A stretch of DNA of 64,000 nt. Source: Hypanus sabinus (Eukaryota). Below, piece by piece: positions 48,480 through 61,598 of the stretch. Both the position numbers and the translations under genes were made by a program. The stretch lies in the NCBI RefSeq assembly GCF_030144855.1, contig NC_082731.1, forward strand, positions 27,776,001-27,840,000, read 5' to 3'. The notes under the pieces were generated by a model. That model made no database searches. It worked only from the letters and a program-made list of their open reading frames with translations, and was not told the origin of the DNA. Positions within the stretch are counted from its first letter, which is position 1; each line of letters opens with the position of its first letter.

Positions 48480-50660
48480 GCTACACCTGCCCTTACACTT
48501 CCTCCCTCACCACCATTCAGGGCCCCAGACAGTCCTTCCAGGTGAGGCGACACCTCACCTGTGAGTCGGCTGGTGTGGTATACTGCATCCTGGTGTGGCC
48601 TTTTATATATTGGTGAGACCCGACGCAGATTGGGAGACCGTTTCGCTGAACACCTGCGCTCGGTCCACCAGAGAAAACAGGATCTCCTTTTGGCCACACA
48701 TTGGAATTCCACGTCCCATTCCCATTCTGATATGTCTATCCATGGCCTCCTCTACTGTCAAAATGAATCTTAACTCAGGTTGGAGGAACAACACCTTATA
48801 TACTGGCTGGGTAGCTTCCAACCTGATGGCATGAACATTGACTTCTCTAACTTCCGTTAACGCCCCTCCTCCCCTTCTTACCCATCCCTGACATATTTAG
48901 TTGTTCATTTGTTTTTTCTCTCTCTGCTATCACTCTGCCTGTTCTCCATCTCCCTCTGGCGCTTCCACCCCCTTCCCGCTTTCTTTCTCCCAAGGCCTCC
49001 CATCCCATGATCCTTTCCCTTCTCCAGCTCTGTATCACTTTTGCCAATCACCTTTCCAGCTCTTAGCTTCATCACACCCCCTCCAGTCTTCTCCTATCAT
49101 TTCACATTTCCCCCTCCCCCCACTACTTTCAAATCTCTTACTATCTTTCCTTTTGGTTAGTCCTGATGAAGGGTCTCGGCCTGAAACGTCGACAGCGCTT
49201 CTCCTTATAGATCCTGACTCGCCTGCTGTGTTCCACCAGCATTTTGTGTGTGTTGTTTAAATTTCCAGCATCTGCAGATTTCCTCGTGTTTGCTCTTTAA
49301 ATTCCCTACTGCAAAGCCTCTGCCAGTGATGCTACACTGAAGAAGTTTAAATCTTCTCTTCGACGGGAGTTCAGTGAAACCCTCTCTCACAGCTCCCCAT
49401 CTATAATTCCTTCAGCCCTTCAATCTTTCGATCATATTTTGACCCAGACCCACTATTACAGCCATATATCCTTCCTTGGAATGTGTCTCCGCCGCCAACT
49501 GACTCCAGTTGGCTTCAGGATCCATTTTCAAGCTTCTCAATTTGGACCTTCTGAGGATCCCAGGCACTCACATTTAATTGACTCTGCCTCCCGTTGTTTC
49601 TCCCATCGAGCTCTGAGGGTGACACTCTCTGCTATGAGAAGGTACCTGGCATCCCTATCACAATCCCTTCCATGCCTCTGGGACACCTTTTTCTCCGTTT
49701 GCAAAGGAGCTGACCGTTATTTCACCCTCCGTCGGATCCATGCGTGCAATTGCTGTTTCTTTGACTTTATCACGTCCTGCAAGGGTCACAAGATCTTCCA
49801 TCTGCAGACCCCAGAGCATGGTCTTCATATTGCAGCCCCAGGCCTGGCCGTCGATTTCGGCTGCCCCAGCGACCCAGGGCATATTCAAAACCCGGACTCC
49901 AGCACCATCAACTTGGGTTCCAACGATCACGGACAGCTTCAAAGCGATTGCACAACCACCGACTGCAACTCCAGCCTTGAACTCCAGGCTGGGTCTTCAC
50001 CAGGCTGAGTCAATTGTGACTCCCGTCTCCCCTTCCCCCACCACCACTCTGCCATCCCCTCTCCCTCAGATCCCGTCGTCAGCTCCTGGGCCCTCAGAGG
50101 CTCCATTTTCCTCTCACCCCAACCCGTCCCTCTCCACTGACACCACCAGCCTCCCTCCCCCCTCTGATCCTATCTCTCATCCGTGCCGGGACTTTACCAT
50201 TCCCTCCGACCTTCAACTCTCTGAGGCAGAGCACTCTGTCCTAAGTAAGGGCCTCAGCTTTGTCTCCCTTCACCCACAGCCCAGCGAGTTCTGCGTACGT
50301 CATGACGCTGAACTCTTCTTCCGCCAGCTCCATCTCCGAGCTTACCTGACAAGGACTCTCCTACCCCCACCGATGACCCCTTCTCCCATTCTCAACCCTC
50401 GTCCTCTTCATGGACACCCTGCTCTGGTCTTCTGCCTGCTCTGGATCTCTTTATTGCTAATTGCCGACGGGACATCAACCGTCTCAACTTCACTACACCC
50501 TGTTCCAAGTCCAACCTAACTCCTTCCGAACGCTCTGCTCTCTGCTCCCTCCGCACCAATCGCAACCTAGCAAAAATTCTATCCCCTTCTCACAATTCCT
50601 CCGTCTTCGCTGCATATGCTCTCAGGGTGAGGCTTTTCATTCCAGGATGGAGGATGCAAT
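48480..50660 (+). mobile_element. Penelope-like element, partial tandem: GIY-YIG 3' end, pLTR, then ORF N-terminus (RT deleted)
   Basis: YIGETRRRLGDRFAEHLRSV...EEQHLIYWLGS.QPDGMNIDFSNFR* (48600-48860). pLTR 48860-49293. ORF restart with LSKGLSFV and FFRQLHLRAY, jumping to SIPFSQFLRLRCICS. Confidence 0.88.
49160..49193 (+). ncRNA. Minimal type I hammerhead ribozyme motif in the Penelope pLTR
   Basis: GTC-CTGATGA-AGG(GTCTCGG)CCT-GAAA-CGTC^GAC. Intact core, 3-bp stems I and II, palindromic ACGT in place of stem III, GUC cleavage triplet. Confidence 0.78.
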
Positions 50661-50669
50661 ATGTAGGGA

Positions 50670-51388
50670 CCAGCTCTCTTCATTTTCCTGAAGTGGTCCC
50701 ACTTTTGCTCTCTGAGACATTTATCGAGATGGATGGACTGGTCAATCAGAGCCTCTGAGTTCTCTGCTGGCTCTCCGAAGGCAAGTGAATCCTTCAGTTT
50801 ATTTTGGGATCCATGGTGGTATAGCATGGCCAAAACCTCCCAGTTCCAATGATCCTCCTGGACCAAAGTCCAAAATACCATTGCGTAGTCGGCCGCAGAC
50901 TATACCCCCTGTCGATTCTTCATCAGGCGGTCCGAGGCTCGCTGGCTCCAACAAGGTGAATTAACACCTTACTCATGGTGCCCATGAATTCCTCTGAATC
51001 CAAGCAGATCCCTGGGTGATCTGACTGGATCTGAGCACAAAACAAACACTAGATGAAATCACTAGTCAGTTTATGGTTGAGCACCAAAACTGTAAATAGC
51101 TGTTCCTTAAAAACAAAAGAAAATGTGCAGATGCTGGAAATCCAAGCAACAGACACAAAATGCTGGAGGTTCTCAGCAGACCCCTCATCCTGATGAAGGG
51201 TCCCAGCCTGAAACGTCGACTGTACTCCTTTCCAGAGATGCTGCTTGGCCTGCTGAGTTCCTCCAGATGATATCACAAGTAGGCTTACGATTGAGCACCA
51301 AACATCTGTTGAGCCATTTATTAAATAGTCAATTCTTGGCACTAAAACAAGGATTATAAATTGGCGGGACCATCCTGAACCTGAGACA
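50670..51388 (-). mobile_element. Gypsy LTR plus gag remnant
   Basis: ORF 50579..50881 FWTLVQEDHWNWEVLAMLYHHG...LKDSLA...EALIDQSIHLDKCLRE resembles a retrotransposon gag; LTR-like start tgtctcagg at 51388. Confidence 0.62.
51187..51220 (+). ncRNA. Second hammerhead motif (stem I weakened)
   Basis: ATC-CTGATGA-AGG(GTCCCAG)CCT-GAAA-CGTC^GAC; core intact, stem I has only 2 bp. Confidence 0.55.
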
Positions 51389-51389
51389 G

Positions 51390-54300
51390 CTATCCATACT
51401 CCTGAGTGTTCATATGTATAAATCCCAGAAGCTGGTGAGGTTGGGTGTGTCTCATAACAAAGACTTCTGGCTGCTCACACTCATCCTTGAGATTGCCATG
51501 TTCACTATCTGAGACATCCCTGATCCTGGCAGTATTGATGCAACCTACCATCTGTGTGTCTCTATCACACCTATAGAACCACATCGCTGTTCCTCTGACC
51601 AAGGAATCTCCTATCAACACTGCAGTCTGCTTCCCCTCTCTGCTCTTCTGAGCCACATCATCAGACTCAATGTCAGAGGACTGGTCACTTTGGCTACCCA
51701 TCAGTAGGTCATCCCCCTCAATAGTATCTAAAGATATACTTATTACTGAGTGGAACAGCCACAGGTGTTCTCTGCACAGGCTGTGCATTTCCCCTCCTTC
51801 TCCTGACAGTCACCCAGTCACCTGTCTCCTGTAACTCTGGGGTTATTACGGCCCTGTAGCTCCTGTCTATCACCTTCTCATTCTCCCGTATGAGTCAAAG
51901 GTCATTGAGCTGCAGCTCCAGTTCCTTAATACATTCTCTCAGTTGCTGCAACTCAGTGCATCTGGTGCAGATGTGTTCAGCTGGGAGACTGGAGTCTTCC
52001 AGACTTCCCACATCCCACACAGAGTGCAAAACACTGCCCCTGGAGGCATTTTCACTGAGCTACCATGACCTAATAGATGAGAAATGAACAAATGGGAACA
52101 GAAAGAGAGAAACCGTATGGTCCCATGGAATCTGGAGTAGGGACAAAATGGAGGAAATTCATGAGACATAATCTCCCACACACAAAGTCTTGCTGACTAA
52201 ACCTAATTGCACCCCTCTTTTTTAAATTGCTCACCCTCAGAACTCCTCCATTAAAACCATAAGATATAGCAGTAGAATTATGCCATTTTGGCCCATCGAG
52301 TCTGTTTCGTCTTTTCATCTTGGTTGATCCATTTTCCTTCCCAGCCCCAATCTCCTGCCTTCTCCCCATCCCTTCAGGCCCTGACTGATCAAGACTCTAT
52401 CGATCTCTGCCTTGAATATACCTAAAGGCTTGGCCTCCGCATCCACTTGTGGCAGTGAATTCCACAGATTCACCATTCTCTGCTGAAAGAAATTCGCCCT
52501 CATCTCCATTCTATAAGGATACCGCTCTATTCAGATTCTGTGTCCTCTTTTCTTAGACTCTCCCATCACAGGAAACATCCCCTCCACATCCACTCCATCG
52601 AGGTTTTTCAACAATAGTCCTGTTTCAATGAAGTCACCTCTCATTCTTCTGAATTCCACTGACCACAGGCCTAAAGCCATCCAATGGTCCAATGACAAGC
52701 CTTTCAATCTTGGAATAATTTTCGTGAATCTCCTTTGATCCCTCTCCAATGTCACCAGATCTGTTTTTAAATAAGGAGCCTAACACTGCTCACAATATTC
52801 CAAGATGGCCTCACTAGTGCTTTCTTAAGTCTCAACAGTACATCTTTGCTTTTATAAGACCATAAAACATGGGAGCAGAATTAGGCCATCTGGCTCATTG
52901 AGTTTCCTCCGCCATTCAATCATGGCTGATCATTTTTTTTCAACCGCACAACCCCAGTTCCCAGCCTTCTCCCTGTAAACTTTGATGCCATGTTCAAGCA
53001 AGAACTATAACCATATAACAATTACAACATGGAAACAGGCCATCTTGGCCCTTCTAGTCCGTGCCAAACACTTACTCTCACTTAGTCCCACTGACCCGTA
53101 CTCAGCCCATAACTCTCCATTCCTTTCCTGTCCATATACCTATCCAATTTTACTTTAAATGACAATACCAAATCTGCCTCTACCACTTCTACTGGCAGCT
53201 CATTCCACACAGCTACAACTCTCTGAGTAAAGAAATTCCCCCTCATGTTACCCTTAAACTTTTGCCCACAAACTCTCAACTCATGTCCTCTTGTTTGAAT
53301 CTCCCATACTCTCAATGGAGAAAGCCTATCCACGTCAACTCTATCTATCCCCCTCATTATTTTAAATACCTCTATCAAGTCCCCCCCTCAACCTTCTATG
53401 CTCCAAAGAATAAAGACCTAACTTGTTCAATCTGTCCCTGTATCTTCGGTGCTGAAACCCAGGTAACATTCTAGTAAACTTCTCTAAACTCTCTCTATTT
53501 TGTTGACATCTTTCCTATAATTTGGTGACCAGAACTGCACACAATACTCCAATTTCGGCCTTACCAATGCCTTGTACAATTTTAACATTACATCCCAACT
53601 CCTATACTCAATGCTCTGATTTATAAAGGCCAACATACCAAAACCTTTCTTTACCACCCTATCCACATGAGAGTCCACCTTCAGGGAACTATGCACCATT
53701 ATTCCTAGATCACTCTGTTCTACTGCATTCTTCAATGCCCTACCATTTACCATGTATGTCCGATTTGGATTATACCTACCAAAATGTAGCACCTCAGACT
53801 TATCAGCATTAAACTCCATCTGCCATCGTTCAGCCCACTCTTCTAATTGGCCTAAATCTCTCTGCAAACTTTGAAAACCTGCTTCATTATCCACAATGCC
53901 ACCTACCTTAGTATCATCTGCATATTTACTAATCCAATTTACCACCCTATCTAGACACCGTTGAATCCATTTTACTATTTCAGTATTAATACCTAACGAT
54001 TGAACCTTCCTAACTAACCTTCCATGCAGAACCTTATCAAAGGCCTTACTGAAGTCCATATAGACCACATCCACTGCTTTACCCTTGTCAACTTTCCTCA
54101 TAACCTCTTCAAAAAATCAATAAAATTTGTCAAACATGTCCTTCCACGCACAAATCCATGTAATCAGACTCTGTCTATCCAGATAATAATATATACCATC
54201 TCTAAGAATACTTTCCATTAATTTACCCATCACTGACATCAAACTGACAGGCCTAGAATTGCTAGGTTTACTCTTAGAACCGTTTTTAAACAATGAACCA

Positions 54301-55980
54301 CATGAGCAATACGGCAATCCTCCGGCACCATCCCCGTTTCTAATGACATTTGATATATTTCTGTCAGAGCCCCTGCTATTTCTACACTAACATCCCTCAA
54401 AGTCCTAGGGATTATCCTGTCAGGACCCAGAGATTTATCCACTTTTATATTCCTTAAAAGTGCAAGTACCTCCTCCTCGTCCAATTGTCATAGTTTCCAT
54501 AATTTCCCTACTCGTTTCCCTTACCTTACACAATTCAATATCCTTCTCCTTAGTGAATACCGAAGAAAAGAAATTGTTCAAAATCTCCCCTATCTCTTTC
54601 GGCTCCACACATAGCTGTCCACTCTGATTCTCTAAGGGACCAATTTTAATCCTCACTATCCTTTTGCTATCAATATAACTGTAGAAACCCTTTGGATTTA
54701 TTTTCATCTTACTTGCCAAAGCAACCTCATATCTGCTTTTAGCTTTTCTAATTACTTTTTTAAGATTCTTCTTATATTCTTTATATTCCTCGAGCACCTC
54801 ATTTACTCCATGCTGACTATATTTATTGTAGATATCTCTCTTTTTCCTAACCAAGTTTCCAATATCCTTTGAAAACCATGGTTCTCTCAAACTTTTAACC
54901 TTTCCTTGCAACCTAACAGGAACATAAAGATTCACCTTTAAAATTTCACCTTTAAATGACTGCCATTTCTGTATTAATTACTTCCCATAAAACAAATTGT
55001 CCCAATCCACTCCTTTAAATCCTTTCACATCTCCTCAAAGTTAGCCTTTCTCCAATCAAAAATCTCAACCCTGGGTCCAGTCCTATCCTTCTCCATAATT
55101 ACATTGAAAATAAAGGCAGTGTGATCACTGGATCACAACTATCAACCCCTCTCTTAAATACACACAACAGCCTGGCCTCCACAGCTGCATATGGCAACAA
55201 ATTCCACAAATTCACCACCCTTTGGCTAAAGAAATTTCTCTGCATCACTGTTTTGAAAGGGCTCCCCTCTATCCTGAGACTGTGCCCCCTTATCCTAGAA
55301 TCTCCCACCATGTGAAACATCCTTTCCACATCTACTCTGTCTAGGCATTTAGACAGAGATCCCTCCCCTAGCGTTCTGAATTCCAGCAAATACAGAACCA
55401 GAGCCATCAAACATTCCTCATATGATAACCCTTTCATTCCTGGAACCTTCGTTGTGAACCTCCTCTGGACCCTATCCAATGCTAGCACATCTTTTTTTTG
55501 ATGAGGGGCCCCAAAACTATTCACAATACTAAAAATGAGGCCTCACTAGTTCCTTATAAAGCCTCAGCATCACACCCTTGCTCTTGCATCCTAGACCTCT
55601 TGAAATGAATGCTAACATGGCATTTGCCTTCCTCACCACCATCTCAACCTACAAGTTAACTTTCAGGGTGTTCTGCACAAGGACTCCCAAGTCCCTCTGC
55701 ATCTCGTTTCCTCGATTTTCTCCCCATTGTGAAAATAGTCCACACATTTATTTCTTCTACCAAAGTGTATGACCATGCATTTTCCAACATTGTATTTCAT
55801 TTGCCTCTTTCTTGCCCATTCTCCTAATCTGTCCAAGTCCAGCATCCTACCTGTTTCCTCAACATGACCTGCCCCTCCACCAATTTTCATACCATCTGTA
55901 AACCTGGTTACAAATCCATCTATTCCATCATCTAAATCATTCATGTACAGCATAAAAAGTTTTCCCAACACCGACCTCTG
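51390..55980 (-). mobile_element. Stack of CR1 fragments (ORF1, ORF2 and several 3' ends)
   Basis: VLIGDSLVRG (ORF1); ORFs 53082..53378, 53484..54101, 54435..54935, 55099..55524 and 55663..55971 carry CR1 motifs. Confidence 0.88.
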
Positions 55981-56177
55981 TGCAACTATGTTTACTCCTC
56001 ATGTCTGTGAAGGATATAAGGAATGAAGTCAATTCAATTCAGTTATCAGCCATGCATTTTCAGCCAGATCATCCTGTTTCTACCCTCACTGATGCGTGGC
56101 ACAGGCAGCAATCCAGAAATTACTACCCGGGAATTCCTGCTTCTCAGCTTTCTACCTGGCTCTCTAAATTCTCTTTT

Positions 56178-57050
56178 CAGAATCAGAATCAGAATCCGGT
56201 TTATTTTCACCGGCACGTGATGTGAAATTTGTTAACTTAGCAGCAGCAGTTCAATGCAATACATAATCTAGCAGAGGAATAATAATAATAATAATAAATA
56301 CAATAAAATAATAAATAAACAAGTAAATCAATTACATATATTGAATAGATTTTTTAAAAATGTGGAATAACAGTATTACTGTATATTAAAATATAATGTC
56401 CAAAAATTCCATGTCCACTGAGGAATCGACTGGCAGAGGGGAAGAAGCTGTTCCTGAATCTCTATGTGTGTGCCTTCAGGCTTCTGTACCTCCTGTCTGA
56501 TGATAACAATGAGAAAAGGGTATGCCCTGGGTACTGGGGGTCCTTACTAATGGACGTTGCCTTTTTAAGATATTGCTCCCTAAAGATATCCTAGGTACTT
56601 TGTAGGCTAGTACCCAAGATGGAACTGACTAGATTCACAACCTTCTGCTGCTTCTTACTGTGCTGTGCAGTAGCCCCTCCATACCAGACAGTGATGCAGC
56701 CCGTCAGATTTCTCTCCACGGTACAACTATAGAAGTTGTTGAGTGTATTTGTTGACTTACCTAATCTATTCAAACTCCAATAAAACATAGGATATGTTGG
56801 GACCAGGTTGGATCCTCGGAGATCTTGACTCCCAGGAAACTGAAGCTGCTCACTCTCTCCACTACTGATCCCTCTAACGATTGGTATGTGTTCCTTAGCC
56901 TGAAGTCCACAATCATCTCTTTCATCTTACTGATGTTGAGTGCCAGGCTGTTGCTGTGGCACCACTCCACTAGTTGACATATCTCTCTCCTGTATGCCCT
57001 CTCGTCATCAGCTGAGATTCTACCAGCAATGGTTGTACCTATGTCAATGG
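56178..57050 (-). mobile_element. Rex1/Babar-like LINE 3' end
   Basis: (gattct)n tail; AYRREICQLVEWCHSNSLALNISKMKEMIVDF. Confidence 0.83.
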
Positions 57051-57949
57051 TACCGATATGTACCAAGACATCTGGCTGCTCCCCCTCCTCCAAAATGTTT
57101 GTAGATGCGATCTAAGACATCCCTGACCCTGGCAAACAGGAGGCAACATACCATCCGGCTGTCCTGTTCACACTCACAGAATGCCCAGTCTGTTCTCACT
57201 ATCAAATGCTCTATCACAGGCACTCACTTTTTCTCTCTATTTCTCTTCTGCACCATGGACCCATGGTCAGTGCCTGTAAGCTGGTGGCTGTAGCATTCTC
57301 CCGGGAGGTTACCCACCACAAAAGTATCCAAAGCGGATACATTTGAGGGGAATGGCCACAGGGGTGCTCTGCTCTAACTGCCTTTTTCCATTTCTCCTGA
57401 CAGTCGCCCAGTTACTCGTCTAACTTTGATCAATTATGTCCTCATTCTCCCATACAAGCTGAAGGTCATCCAGTTGCTGCTCCAGATCCCTAACATGGTC
57501 TTCAAGGAGCTGCACCAGACGCACTTCACACAGATGTAGTTCCCCAGGAGACTCTGGGTCTCCCACGATCTAACATCCGGCACGAAGAACACACCACAGC
57601 CATTTCCACTTGGCATAATTTACTTATTATTACTTAATTATTTATGGTTTATATTGCTATATTTCTACACTATTCTTGGTTAGTGTGACTGTAACAAAAC
57701 CCAATTTCCCTCAGGATCAATAACGTGTGTCTGTCTATCTTTAAATAGTACAGCAAGAGAGGGGAAAAATATAAAAAGGAAACCTTAACAGACGCTTTCA
57801 CAGAGCCAACACCTCTTCCGAGCCAAAGCCTCTTTTGAGGCAAAACCTGTCGTTTCTACTCTTGACACTGGCCTACTACTGACAATGGCCACTCCGCTTA
57901 TACCTTCTGTACTTTTATTCAATTCGTAGAGCTCTGTTGATGCTGCTGA

Positions 57950-59320
57950 TAGGTTGTGTACAATATTTTACTGTAGTCCTCTTAAAATGAATGCTAATAT
58001 CCCGTTTGCCTTCCTCACCACTGACTCAGCCTGCAGGTTAATGTTTAGAGAATTATACACAAGGACTCCAAGACCCTTTGCACCTCATATGTTAGGATTT
58101 TCTATCCATAAAGAAAATAATCTGCCCTCTTATTTCATCTAACAAAGTGTATGGCCATACTCTTCCTGACACTATTCCATCTGCCACTTCATTGCCCATT
58201 CTCCTAATCTGTCTAAATCCTTCTGTAGCCTTTCTACTTCCTCAAAACTACCTGCCCCTCCACCTATCTTCAGGTCATCTGCAAACTTTACAACAAAGCC
58301 ATCAATTCCATCATCCATGTCATTGACATTGCATGTTCAAAGAAACAGTCCCAACACAGAACCCTGTGGAACACCACTAGTCACTGGCAACCAACTGCAA
58401 AAGGCTCCCTTTCTTCCTACTCTTTGCGTCCTGTCAATCAGCCACTTTATACATGCTGGTATCTTTCCTGTAATACCACGGGCTTGTAACTAGTAAAGCA
58501 GCCTCATGTGTGGCATCTTGTCAAAGGCCTTCTGAAAATCCAAGTACACAACATCCACCAATTCTCCTTTGTCTATTCTGCTTTATATTTCATTGGAATC
58601 TGTTCATATTCCAACAGATTCATTAGGCAAGATTTTCACTTGAGGAAACCATGCTGACCTTGGCCTATTTTATCATGTATCTCCAAGTACTCCAAAACCA
58701 CATCCTTATCAATCGACTCCAACATCTTCCAAACCACTGAGGTCAGATTAACTTGCCTATAATTTTCTGTCTTCTGCCTCTCTTCTTCTTGAAGAGTGGA
58801 GTGACATTTGCAGTTTTCCAGTCTTCCAGAACTATTCTAGAATCTAGTGATTCTTGAAAGATCATTACTAATGTCTCCACAATCCCATCAACCATCTCTT
58901 TCAGAACCTGGGTGTTTACCATCTGGACCAGGTGACTTATCTCCCTTCAGATCTTTCAGTTTCTCAAGAACCTTCTCCCCAGTAATGGCAGTATCTCCCA
59001 CTTCTGCCCCCTGACTCTCTTGAACTTCCAGCATACTGCTAGTGTCTTCCACAGTGAAGCCTGATGCAGAATCGTTATACAGTTCATCAACCATTTCCTT
59101 GTCCTCATTACAACCTCTCTAGCATTGTTTTCCAATGGTCTGATATCCACTCTCACCTCTCCTTTACACTTTACGTGTCTGGAGAAACTTTCAGTATCCT
59201 CTTTAAAACTTTTGTGTTCCATCTTTTCCTTCTTTAAAACTTGTTTTGTTGCCTTCTGGTGGTTTTTAAAGTCTTCCCAATCTAACTTCCCACCAATATT
59301 TGCTCTATTATATTAACTTC
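57950..59320 (-). mobile_element. CR1 ORF2 fragment
   Basis: KLKDLKGDKSPGPDG and downstream RT-region sequence. Confidence 0.82.
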
Positions 59321-59599
59321 CTACTCACGAATAGTCTCAGCCGGAAACGTTGACTGTACTTCTTCCTATAGATGCTGTCTGGCCTGCTGCTTTCCACCAG
59401 CATTTTGTGTGTGTTCCTGCTCCGTGTGCAAGGTCACAGCAATGTACAATATGTCCACTTCCTACAATACCATCTATTTTGGTGTCACCTGCCATCTAAT
59501 ACTCAGGAATATGGGAACAATTCCCATCAATGAGAGGACTCCTTCATCCAGGTATCAACAATCTTTGGACAAAGCCGCAGGATAAAATTCAAAGGAAAC

Positions 59600-61598
59600 G
59601 ATTCTCAGTCCATCTCCAGGGAAATACCTTTCTCATTAACTTCTGATTTAATTTCTGATTTACCTTGAGTCTCTGTGTTATTCTTCCTCTTAAAAATTCT
59701 GCCCTGAGGAAATTTATTCTTATGGATTAAAACATACTCATCAGCTAATCTAGCAGAGTCCTGCAATGTATCAGTACCTCTCTCATTTAAGTAGGTCCTT
59801 ACTTCAACAGGGATGCTTCTTTTAAATTCCTCCATTAAAATCAGCTCTTTCAATGTATTATAGTCCCCATTTACATTTTTAGAGGAAACCCATCTCTCAA
59901 AACATACAGCTTTATCATAGGCAAATTCCACATCAGTTTTTTCCACAGACTTCTTCAAACTTCTGAATCTTTCTCTATACGCTTCTGGGACCAATTTGTA
60001 TGCTTTCAAAATCTGCTGTTTCACAATATCATAATCTAGTGCTTGCGCAGCAGTTAAAGCTGTATGAACTTGTTGTGCTTTGCCTTTAATTACGCTCTGT
60101 AACAACACTGACCATTTATCTTTCGGCCACTCTGAAATTTGAGCAATCTTTTCGAAATGTTGGAAATATCTTTCTACTTCTGTTTCACTTAATGGAGGGA
60201 CCAATTTAATTTCTTGATTAATAACAAACGGTTTTCTATGAACCAGAAGACTGATTCTCAGACCTTAAATCCGCCATCGCATACTGAAATTCCCTCTTTT
60301 TATTTTCAGCTTCTAACCTGCAACGCTCCAATTCTGCTTTACTTTGTTCCAGCTTCATTTGTTCGATTTGCAACTGTATTTCTAGATTACTTATTGGAAA
60401 CAACTCTAAAATCGATTCATCAAAATCACCTGCATCCACATAGTGTGACGCGATTTTTCTCTGTATTAGAGCCTTTGATGTGGACCTCAAAGTACCTTTA
60501 AGTTGCAATCTACCAGCTATCTCAGACACCTCATTTTTTTCGCCTTTGCTAACAACTCCGCGTCTGGCGAAGCCAGAAACTCATCAATATTCATTGTTGC
60601 CGAATACCACTCACAAGCCAATCAAACAAACAAATCGAGTATTCCCCTTTTCCAAAACACCGATTAAAAATATAACAAGCATTTACACTCAAAAATGGTC
60701 CGTACCGGATATAGCCCCCATATTTATTATGGATTCAGCAACAATAAATATATAAATGAGGCAGGGTTTTTTTTAAAACAAATAAAATATTTATTAAACA
60801 CTGAAAACAAACCTCAAAAGTAAACAAACAGCTAACGCAACTGGAAATCAGCTGCTGTGCCGCAGCTTAAACAGTTCTTAAAGCGATAAAGCGAAAGCAG
60901 TTCTTAAAGAGATGTTGCAAAAACAGTTCTTCAAAGTAGTACTACAGAAGTTCAAAATGCTTACAGTCCATTAAAGGAGAGATTTTTTAGATGATTTAAA
61001 TTCTCTTTCACGTCGTGTTGTTGCGGTTTCCAGTCAAACTAAACTTTTCCCGGAGAATTTACGAAGATGAAAATGAAACGGCTTAAAGGCACTGACCTTT
61101 CCTTGATGAAACTGTGCACCAAACCCTTTCTGCTCTCAGTGCAGGGGTTAACACGGGGACAACCAACGAATTCCTTCCAAATGAGGATCAAACAAGGTCA
61201 AACCTGTTTCACCGTTGAAATCGACTTTCCTCGAACTTTTAACTCCCGAACTCTGATCTTCACTGTCCACTGACTTTTAACTGGCAGTATTATAGAGAAA
61301 ATGCCAGCAATGACCTTTTAAACTTTAGGCATTAAATAAAACTCCACCTTTTAACCAAACTGCATCATAATATTGGATCACGCTGTGGCATGGAGTCAAA
61401 ATGACAAATCCAGCCATGAACTGCCCCTCCTCAGAGGGAGGGGTCCTCCTTTTATACCCGGTAAAAAAAACTGTCACATGACCTCTACTGGCAGGAAAAT
61501 GATGTCACTCCACCATCACAAGACCATTACCTTAAGTCCAGTATAGCTTCAACACCACTGTCACGTGACAAGTACAAGATACCCATGGGTACATAACA
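59600..61598 (-). mobile_element. Truncated Gypsy element: 5' LTR, tRNA-Pro-like PBS, gag with SCAN-like region
   Basis: LTR 61598-60725 (TGTTATG start). PBS TGGGGGCTATATCCGG at about 60720-60705. Gag ORFs 60236..60529 and 59605..60204 (YFQHFEKIA...WPKDKWSVLLQ...GKAQ...YDIVKQQILKAY.LVPEAYRERFR). Confidence 0.88.
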
